A stretch of 64,000 bases of DNA from the human T2T-CHM13v2.0 reference genome, Homo sapiens. The notes below the pieces were generated by a model, which saw nothing but the letters and a program-made list of their open reading frames with translations, had not been told where the DNA came from and did no database searches. Location of the stretch: assembly GCF_009914755.1 (NCBI RefSeq), contig NC_060935.1; one strand, 5' to 3'. This document shows, piece by piece, positions 48,313 to 64,000 of this stretch; position 1 is the first letter of the stretch; every line of letters begins with the position of its first letter. Both the position numbers and the translations under genes were made by a program.

Positions 48313-48495
48313 CCAGTGGATGCTGGTTGAGGAGCTCTGGCTTTAACAAGACAGTTAAGAGCTTTTGTTTTGTGCCAACAGATGTTGCTTTCCTCAGTCA
48401 ATAAGGAGGCCAAGACAGGCCTCTGAGCAGCACGTTCCTGGAGCAGTCCAAGCTCTGCAAGGGGAAGTGCTCCTTTGACATCCCCTTCTGTTTCA
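48313..48495 (-). pseudogene. Relic exon, 183 nt, phase 2-2
   Basis: ctctctactccccag|TGAAAC...CACTGG|gtaatt; fully open: ETEGDVKGALPLAELGLLQERAAQRPVLASLLTEESNICWHKTKALNCLVKARAPQPAST. Confidence 0.6.
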
Positions 48496-48650
48496 CTGGG
48501 GAGTAGAGAGGGTGCAAGCAGAGGCCTCCCTGACTGGCATGTTCCCTGCCCACAACCTCCCAGTGAGGAGGAGGGCAATAATCAGTCTCCCAGGGCAAAA
48601 GCAGGAAACTCTCATTAGTTGGGGACAAGTGAATGAGGCAGTGAGGGCAC

Positions 48651-48709
48651 CTTTTCTCAGATGTGGTGTTTTTCCAGGATGGTTATTAAGAGAAGCTGCC
48701 TCCTTTGAC
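48651..48709 (-). pseudogene. Relic exon, 59 nt (frameshifted)
   Basis: cctctttttccag|GTCAAAGG...GAAAAG|gtgccc; QRRQLL in one frame and SWKNTTSEK in another. Confidence 0.45.
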
Positions 48710-48851
48710 CTGGAAAAAGAGGCCACTTGCAATCTGAGTTTTCAGTTTCAAGATGTGGAAGCATTGCCACTGGGGGCTGCATGGAATTTTAACTGCCAAA
48801 TTAAGAGGCGTTAAGATTGACTTTGGGTTCTGTCGTGTAGACAATACTCAC

Positions 48852-48875
48852 GTCACCCAGAAGCCCTACTCATTT
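48852..48875 (-). pseudogene. Relic micro-exon, 24 nt
   Basis: ctcttatacag|AAATGAGTAGGGCTTCTGGGTGAC|gtgagta. Confidence 0.45.
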
Positions 48876-48974
48876 CTGTATAAGAGTAATGAGATACATA
48901 CATACATATATATATGCATCGTATGTAAGTGTAATGACTAACATAGTGCCTGACACACAATAAGCACAATAAGC

Positions 48975-48977
<3 letters not shown>

Positions 48978-49015
<38 letters not shown>
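48978..49015. repeat. (AC)n microsatellite
   Basis: About 19 units. Confidence 0.95.
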
Positions 49016-49016
<1 letters not shown>

Positions 49017-49891
49017 AGTTCACACTACTTACATAATCTCATTTATTCTTCACAACAACCCTGGGAAGCAGATATTATCATTTTCTCCATTTTACAAATG
49101 AAGAAATAGTGACTTAGGTTGGTTGTGTCATTTGTCCAGTGATGAAAAGCTGGTGAATGGCAGGGCCAGGGCTCAAGCCCAACCACCTGGGTCCAGATCT
49201 TGTTCTCTTACTACATTGCCTTTTACCAACAGATGTGTTCATTTGGTTCCAAGAGGTTGTGGGAAAGATTGGTTGGAGGGAGGGTGAGGCAGGAGTGCCT
49301 TTTCTAGAGGACCCTGAGGAAAAGGTTGACACATGCACAGTGCAGGGTCTGTTGCTGTCCTCCAGCCCTACCTGGATTCTGAGCCCACCTGAACCAGGGG
49401 CAAGGAGACCACTGGAGACCGTGGCCCACCGGTGGGTGCGTCTGGAATTGCTAATCAGGGGCTTGACATTTCACATGCCGGTGGGAGCCTTGCGTCTCCA
49501 GAGCCCACCAAGGCAAAGGATCTTGGCCCCTGCCATAGGGCTTGCCCCTTATCACTGGGCTCCTCCTCTCCTTTCCCCTTCCCATCTCCTTCCCCTTCCT
49601 CTTCCTCATCCTTGTCCTCCTCCTTCTGCTTCTCCTTCCCCTTCCCCTTCTTTTTCCTCTTCTGCTTCTTTTTCTCCCTTTCTCCCCATCTCCTCCACCG
49701 CTACCTCTGAGTTCTATCTGTCTCCTTCATTCAATTAACATTTACCCATCAGGTTCTTTGCTGTGTGTGGAGGTTCCAGGCTTGGCTGGAAGCCCTGCTC
49801 TGGTGTGAATCAGCCTGCCTGGGACTCCCGGGCTTCTTCCTTAGAGAGCTTGGTCCTGTGCTCTTGGCCCCAGCCCTCAGCAGGACCTTAC

Positions 49892-50045
49892 TGAATGAGC
49901 CCATTGCTGTTGCTGGATTCAATATGGCTGCCCAAAGGACCCCATGGCCTTTGGATATAGTCCTTGGATGGCCCTGCTGACTCTCGCAGGCCTGTGTAGC
50001 TGTGTTGGTTCAGTCCTGCTGGGCCAGAGATTCTTTTTCTTCCTT
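49892..50045 (-). pseudogene. Relic exon, 154 nt, phase 1-2
   Basis: ctttccctacag|AAGG...ATTCA|gtaaggt; fully open in phase 1: GRKRISGPAGLNQHSYTGLRESAGPSKDYIQRPWGPLGSHIESSNSNGLI. Confidence 0.6.
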
Positions 50046-50170
50046 CTGTAGGGAAAGCTGTTTAGTACTTGTGCAGTTGCCAAACTGAAGCCAAGAGAAC
50101 CTGGTTGCTGAGTGACTGCAGAGTGAACAACCCCAGGTCTCCTGTAATTCTGACATTTTGCCCTGCTCAC

Positions 50171-50257
50171 TCTCATCCTTCATGATTACTTATGTGTGTG
50201 TCAAGGGATGTCTTCGTGGGTGTCCAGACGTTCTGTATGAACACAAAGCACTGGCTC
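50171..50257 (-). pseudogene. Relic exon, 87 nt, phase 1-1
   Basis: gctcttctcttcccag|GAGCC...GATGAGA|gtgagca; reads ASALCSYRTSGHPRRHPLTHT*VIMKDE. Confidence 0.55.
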
Positions 50258-50830
50258 CTGGGAAGAGAAGAGCATTAGCTTCTTTATTATCTAAATTTGG
50301 AATCTGCATAGTAAAATACACACTGTCTCCAGGGGGATGCTTTAATAGCTCTAATGAGCCTTCCTGCAGGTCTTGTCAAGGGACACCCGCCTAATGGCTG
50401 CGTGAATTTCGATGTGTATCTGATTTGGGCCAGGTGTGGCCACTTTACAGTCACTGTTAGATACTAGAAGCCTCTCTAGAGTTTACAGATGAGGAAACTA
50501 AGGCCCTGAGAGGAGAGAGAGGTTAGGTTTGTATGGCCAGAACCTAAATGCTGCTTCAGTACATCTCCCTGGTTCAGGAAGGCATTAAGCAGGCTGAGCA
50601 CTCCGTACACAGGCTAATTTAACAGAGAAATCACCAATCTTGCATCCATTGGTGAGCCAGTGCATTATATTCTTGAAGGACCAGCAGATAGGACATCCCC
50701 CTGGCTTTACCTTCCAAATCCATGAAGGATGATTAGACTGGGAAATACAGACTATTCTTTAAAGGAAAGAACTGCAGTTGCTTAGCAGCTATTACCAAAA
50801 GCACTGGAGGAAGAACTAATGAAAGGGGTC

Positions 50831-51288
50831 TGTTGTGGGTTACATTGCATCGCCACAAAAGATGTATTTTAGTTCCAACCCCGGGTATTGGAGAATGTGA
50901 CTTTATTTGGCAATAGAGTCTTTGCAGATATAATAAAGTTAAGATTAAATCATTAAGGTGGCCGTAATCCAATATGACTCGTGTCCTTATAAGAAAAGAA
51001 AAACACCATGCAAAGACGGGGATGCATAGGGAGAATGTCATATGATGACAGAGGCAGAGATTGGAGTGATGCGGGTGCAAACTAAGTAATGCCAAGGATT
51101 GCTGACCACCACCGGAAGCTAAGAAGAGGCCAGGAAGTATTCTACCAGGGTCTCAGAGGAAACACCACCCCCTCAACACCTTGATTTCATCCTCCTAGCC
51201 TCTAGAACCGTGGGACAATAAATTCTCGGGACAATAAGCTATACTCAGTTTGTGGCACTTTATTACAGCAGCCTAGGAAACTAATACA
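50831..51288 (+). mobile_element. MLT1 (B/C-like) LTR
   Basis: gtgactttatttggcaatagagtctttgcagat...cagcagcctaggaaactaataca. Confidence 0.8.
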
Positions 51289-52274
51289 GGGCCCAACATA
51301 GTAAGCCTCTTTTCTGTATGTACCTGATGCTTTGAGGCATAGGGCCCATGTGAATTGGGCCATCCCATCATGGCCATGATACAATTAGAGAGGGAGGCTG
51401 TGTGTGGGGCTTGTGGGAAAGCTGGGGAGTTGCTTAGAAAGGCCTGTGCTAGTCAACATCCCCCTCCCCTTTCCACTTTCCCATTCCTTTACCCTGTCTC
51501 CCTTCCAATCTAAGTTCCAATCCCTTGAGTGTGAGCTCTTGGGATCTCAGCTGATTCAAGTGATAGAACCTAAGGTGACTGATATATTCACACACTATTT
51601 GCCTCCCCAGCGAGAAGCTTGTTGGTCCAGCTGCATCTCCACTTGGTGGGCTGTCTGGGCCTTGAGTGGGATTGAGGGGGAAGATGAGTGGGAGTGGTTA
51701 TGTCCAGTTTCTCCACAACTTCAGGGGGTTGAGCCGTGGCTATTAGTGTTAGTTCTCCTAGAATCAGCAGCTTGTTCGCCTAGCTATTTTTGTGGTGAAC
51801 ATTGCATTCTTCCTCAATGTCCACATTCTCCCTCACTCTTTGTGTAAACTCTGTGATTTGGGAGGGAATGAGCAACCCCAAGGTCCAAGTCTAAGCCAGT
51901 CAGATAGTTCTACCCCCTTGCCACTGTGCCAATGCACAGATAGACCAGGTCTAAGCCAATTAGCACATGATTCTCCCCGACCACAGGGGAGTTCTGTTGT
52001 ATGATAAAGGAGTTCATCCTTTCTCTGGCTAGATATGAACAAGGAAGTACATCACCCTCAGTGCTGTTGGCAGCCTTCCTGTGACCATGAGGAGAGTCAG
52101 CTTCAAGATGATCCTTTGGATAAAAGAGCAAAGAATCAGAAAGATCCTGGTTCCTTGATGACTTCAACAAGCCATTAGGTCAATCAACATCCTGAAATTT
52201 GCTCTATTTCTGGATTCTAGTTAGGTGAGTCCATACATCCTCATGTTTCAAACACATTTATTTTGTCCTCTTAT

Positions 52275-52831
52275 TGTGGTGGTTTTAAAATATGAATACA
52301 CATTTTTTTCATGTTCCTCCTTTAAAAAAGTGGAGCCTAATTTTCCCCCACACTTAAGTGTGGGCTTGTCTTAGTGATTTTTTTGTAAAGCATAGAGAAT
52401 ATGGCAGAAGTGACAGTGAGTGACTTCTGGGATTAGGACACAAAGGCATTGTGTCTTCCTCCTTGCTTTCTCTATTGTATCTCTGACTCTGGAGGAAGTC
52501 AGCTGCTGTGTCATGAGGGCACTCAAACAGCCCTATGAAGAGGTCCATGTGGTAAGGAACTGAGGACTTCTGCCAACAGCCAGCAATAACTTGCCAGGTA
52601 TGTGAATGTGCCATCTTGGAAGCAAGTTCTCCAACTCCAGACAAGCTCTCTAATAACTGTGGCCCCAGCTGACATCTTGGCTGCAACCCCACGAGGGAAT
52701 CTGAGCCAGCACCACCAAGCTAAGCCACTCCTAAATTCCTGACTTGCAGAAAATGTGTGAAAATAAATGTCTATTGTTTTAAGCCATTCAGTTTTGGGGG
52801 TAATTAGTTATGTTACAGAAGATAACTAATA
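52275..52831 (+). mobile_element. MLT1 (E/F-like) LTR
   Basis: gaggtccatgtggtaaggaactgagg...aataaatgtctattgttttaagcc...gataactaata. Confidence 0.75.
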
Positions 52832-55800
52832 CTCTTATATCTGAAGGCATCCTAAAACAGATGCACCTTCCTAGCTATAATCACTGACGTCCAGTATTGA
52901 GTTGAACACAGTTCATTTCACCAGGGTCACTGTATTTGTTTCATTCTGGAGCCCCAGAGAAGTAGCCAGACCAGGGAGAAGAAATGACTGGGTTGTGTGT
53001 CTTGGTCATATGTTTCCCTTGGCCAGCCTGTTGTGACATCATAGGGCCTTGGACAGTGCCACAGTTTCCTATGGCCCAGCATGATGTGGGAGGTGCAGAA
53101 TTAATTCCTAGTCACCAGAGAGAAGTATGAAGGTGGCTGGGCAAGTAGAATCTGAATAGGGTTTATAGCTGGGAATGAGAGGTGACAGGACATCTGAGCT
53201 TATATCAGTGTTGGTAGATAATAACAGAAAAGCAGATTGCCACCCCTATTCCAATGCCTTGGCCCTCTTTAACTCTGAGAAAAAGAAGGGAACCTCAGTG
53301 GAATGGAGCTTAAAAATAAATTGTAATAACAAAGCAAATTCCTACTTTTTTTAACAAATGAATTTATTGTATATAAATATCTCAATAAAGCTACTTTTTA
53401 ATTGATACATAATAATTGTTCATATTTATGGAGTACATGTGATATTTTGACAGTGCATACAATGTGCAGTGAAGTCCCATTTCTTGTGTGCTTGAGCTTC
53501 GGCCTTAGTTTCATAGCCACAACACTAGTAAGAAAACTTGTTTGCTCCCAGCGTGTTCCTTCTTTCCCTGCCCCACAACATAAGCAGTGGATTCACTGTG
53601 TCTCAGGCTCTCTTCCCTAGGCACCTCTCTTCCCTTGTGGGGTCCTGGAGACTCATGTTAACTCCTCTGCAGCCTACCTCTTCCTGCTCTTAATGCTATT
53701 TTACATGGCCCCACTCCCAAGCCTTGACAGCTCTTATTTTGCTGTAGTTCCTCAGACATGAGCTAGTCCTGTTTGGTCTTTAAAAATCTCTCATTCGTGC
53801 TGATGTCACCCTTCCTGTCATCACTGGTAAAGAGCGAGTCATTTTTGTATGGTGTCTGATGTTGTTACCTCTCCTTCCAAATCTTTCACCATTTTTTTTT
53901 TCTCTGTTCAGATAATTATTGAGCTGGGGTGAGAGAAGTGTTCTTTCCCAACTGTTATTATTTTTCCACTATGCTCTAAAACGAATCATCTTATTCTCAT
54001 TTTAATATATAACAGTGAATATTTCAACCTTTATTGTATTCTTTCTTCATTCTTAGGCTCCAGAGCCACTTCTTCCTTGAGGCCTTTGCCCATTTCTCTC
54101 CCCCTTTCTAATGCAGGCCAATCTCTCCATTATGTATTCATACCTCTGTGGTTTGTGTACATTGTATTGTATTAAAATCATCTGTTCATGCATATTGCCC
54201 TCTCTGAGAGCCTACAGAAGCAGACACTAGATCTGATTTATTTGTGTACCCTCAGTGCTGGTGTAAAGTAGGTGCTCAGTAAATGTTTGATGAACTAAGG
54301 TCTAACAGCTCATAGCTCTGTGATTCTGTTTAATTTCTATTGTGGATTTGTAGAGATTTCTCAACACTTAGAGCCTAGAAGAAAGGTCAGCATTTTTCCA
54401 GAGCTTTTGGCCTTGCTCAAGGGGTTTAGTGCATAAAGGGACTGGTTTAGTAGGAAGGGGTCTGACTTTCCAATACACGTAGATCAGGATTATTTTAAAC
54501 ATAGGAAGGAGGATAATCTGCATTTCTCATTAATAATTAGAATGAAGTTTGCATCCATGTTTCTACTCATATATTAGCTCAAAAATGTTGGTTCTTCAAT
54601 ATAACAAGGAAAACTAGAAATGAGTCCAGCTTTCAAAGGGCTGAATAGGCATGTCTTTCTGTTTCCACTTAAGTTCTGATTGCAGTCATTATCCACTGAT
54701 GGTTCCTTGCTTCTGCCAGGCCCAGACTCAGTGGGTAGTCTGAGTGTGCTCCCTGTTGCTCAGGTCTGAGCTGAGCACATGCACAGTGCTACACTCAAGC
54801 TGGGTAGAGAGCAGCTGAAGACATACTGTCCAGGTATGCACAGTATCTGGAACTGCAGACTGCGGCTGGGGTAGGTGGCTTTGGTTTAGGACTTGGTATT
54901 TCACAGGGGCTCTCTCCTTGCTCCTGGAGGCCTCTGGCCCTGATATGATGGCCCCAGTGATGTTCCGTGGGTCTTCTTCCACCACCCTCACTCTACTTCT
55001 CTAGCAATTAGACTAGAGCACTGATCATCTGTAGGAAGATGATGATGGCGTTCTTCCCTCTCTAGCCCCTTCTCCTACTCCCTGAGCTCAGCCCTGCATT
55101 CCTAAGAGGTCCAGTGGTGATTCTGTTCTGGGACTCAGGCCAACATAGCCCTATGTCAGCCTGGCTCCCTCTTCTACCTGAGCTCCAGATCAGCCTACTT
55201 CCTGCTGTCTGCTGTTTAGAAATGCTTTCTGCAGCTCAGTCTCAATGGTGGCTTTTGGTTCAGCAGGCACCCCTTTCAACAGTCCCCCTTACCTGCTTCA
55301 CTAATTAGGCACCAACTGCTGACTACAATCACTAATCTCAGGTCTCAGCTGTGGGGCTCGATTCATCCTCTCCAAACACATGCTTATCCAAGGGGGGCAG
55401 ACACCATTGAAGTTGTTGAAGAGTAGTTTCACATATGCTCACATGGCATCCTCCAGTCCCACAGAGGAAATGAGCTCCATAAAACCTTTGTTCATCCAAT
55501 ATGCTAGGGACCAGAAGAAAAGGACTTAGAATTAACCATGATTGGACTATCCAATTCTTTGATTAAAAAGTGCAGGGAAGCTGGTTGCCTGGGCAATTAG
55601 AGTGGCTCTAAAATGGGCAATGTTGTCGTTCAAATAAGCTGCTTAACAAGAAATGACCATTGCCCAGGCAGAGGGAAGCCATAATGAGGGAGAGTTACCA
55701 GCCATCCATGCTGCCCTTGACACATCATCTTGGGAACCTAGTGTTCGATGGACATTAAGGGGTGGCTGTGTGACAATTGCTACCACTTAAAGGTTTTTGC

Positions 55801-57317
55801 AAGAGCCACTGGTTATTTCCTCCAGGAATTCATATGCCATATGGGCACTTGTCATCAGGTGAATTTAGTGCCCAGATTATGGTTATGGAATTAGACTTTT
55901 CTCAGCTGCTTTAACTGAGAGAGAACACCTGGGACATGATCCAGTCCAGTGATAGCCAATTATTGCCGCATGTTAGACTAACATGAGGAATTTAAAAAAA
56001 TTCCTGTCCCCACACTGCATGCCAACCAATTACATCAGAATCTCTGGGAGTGGGACCTAGGCATCAGGATTTTAAAAAGCTTTTCAGGTTATTGAAAGCT
56101 GCTAGTCTAGTCACACTTTCCCCATCAAAATCCTGTATTAAAATAATCTGAATAGTTACTAAATATATACAAATGATAATTCATAATCGGCATCTAAAAA
56201 AATAAATGTAACTACCTAGGTACAATGCAGAAATTCCTTTGTGCTGGATTTTCATTGCTGTCGGTTATTGCTCTCTATTATCCTGGTTTTCTTTATTCTG
56301 CTTTCAGGAAAATCCATAAACATTTGCTTGCTTTGATTCCCAGTGCCAAAAAGTCTTGGGCCTGTTCTGGGAAACTGACAAAGTGCTGAGAGCTTAGAGA
56401 AAAATTCCACCTTTGGAACAGAGATCAAATTTAAAAAGCCCTCTTAAATATTTGGAGTTCCTTTAAAACTCCAAATATTTAAAGGAAATATTTGGAGTTG
56501 AAAGAGATGGAAAAGATGATAACAGAAATGAAAACTCAAAGACTAAGGAGGGAATCAGAAACTTTAAAAAAGTATACAAAAACATTGTTACTAAGTTTAA
56601 AAATCCTGAAATTAGAGAATAACCATCTGTGCATCATCCAGCTCTTTGATAGTTTCACAGAGTTGAAACAAAGCTGATCAGCTTAAACCAACTCCAAAGT
56701 GTCAGCATTCAAACTCGATGGAGACTGGCTTGGGCATTATGGACCTGCTTTAAATGACTAGAGCCAGCCTCACCCATGTGAAGTTAGTGACAGCCTGAAT
56801 TTCTATTGCCTGTTACTTTTAAAACATTTAATTATTTTATAAAAGTGCCAAAAACATATAGTTTAAAAAATTAAAGAGTACTATAAGTATTACAATAAGA
56901 AGCAACAGTTTTATGCACCACTTTCTCATTCCTGATTTTCTGCTCCCCAGAGATACTTTGCATTCATTGGCTATTTCTATTGGTATTGATCTCCATATTT
57001 CTAAGTAACATGCTTATACTGCTATTTCCTAAACTTTCTGTTTTAGACCTTCCCTATTAACTTCCTATTATGGCAGATAAGGATATCTTTTAGTTCTCTT
57101 ACCTCTTTTCTACCCTTCCCTCAAACTTCCTTCCTTTGTCACTCCCCTAATATAGTTATAAGTTTTAGTTAGATCAAAATTCAGTATTTACCTTCTTATG
57201 ACCACTTAGGTATATTACAGCTAGCCAGGAAATAACCTATGATTATATTTCCTTTTGTTTATGACATTTTATTTTTCTTGGAGTTAATGATTATCTTATT
57301 TTCTCAGTTGCTAGGGA

Positions 57318-63699
<6,382 letters not shown>

Positions 63700-64000
63700 G
63701 GATTTTTATTTTTATTTTTTTAACCTGAACTCATCCCCAGTTCTAAACTTTCACAGAGCTGTAAAACTCCTCTCAGCAAGGTTCAGCCAGTACACCAGGA
63801 AATCTAGCAGCTCCATTTCTTTCTGGACGCATCCCACCCACAACCCTCTGTCTTCCTGCTCCAGTTTGAATGGGCTGTTCTCCAGGACCAGCTATCTTTA
63901 TTGAAGTCCTTTTTCCTCTCTCCCATTTGGATCTTTGCCTCTAGAATTCAATATTTTTCTCTCTAGTTTTATTCTTTTATTTTGGTAGAGTATATCCTTC

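Noticed and set aside
49157-49738. 193-aa plus-strand ORF
   Set aside because: Runs through a MIR and a CT-rich low-complexity tract; no homology recognised.

Overview
Primate (almost certainly human or great ape) genomic DNA with no intact protein-coding gene. The ORF track is mostly Alu, L1, LTR and low-complexity noise. About half the window is transposable-element derived: about 20 Alus, a near full-length L1PA at 57.3-63.7 kb, a two-LTR MST provirus, solo LTR8, MER51A and MER21 LTRs, MLT1 LTRs, MER5/MER33 MITEs, and L2/MIR fragments. There is also a CpG island at about 41.7-42.55 kb and a 43-nt 5S rRNA fragment. The main result is that the non-repetitive DNA between the repeats reads on the minus strand as a dead, intron-containing gene spanning at least 50.3 kb down to 9.2 kb, possibly starting near 56 kb. 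I mapped more than 25 exon-sized units by hand, most with polypyrimidine-AG and GT boundaries. Their lengths are mostly multiples of 3, their intron phases chain consistently, and they carry scattered stops that mostly revert to sense codons by one transition. The N-terminal half shows a recurring [F/L/W]xxW[K/R] motif every 23-33 residues, like SFI1-type centrin-binding repeats, followed by a long K/E/S/P-rich tail. I cannot name the gene or the locus, or tell whether it is already annotated. Secondary oddities are a perfect 48-bp inverted copy of one relic splice acceptor next to the 5S fragment, an ancient ~480-bp local duplication apparently mediated by two MaLR LTRs, an AluYd element, and several template-switch micro-rearrangements. 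Repeat subfamily names come from remembered consensus motifs and are approximate.
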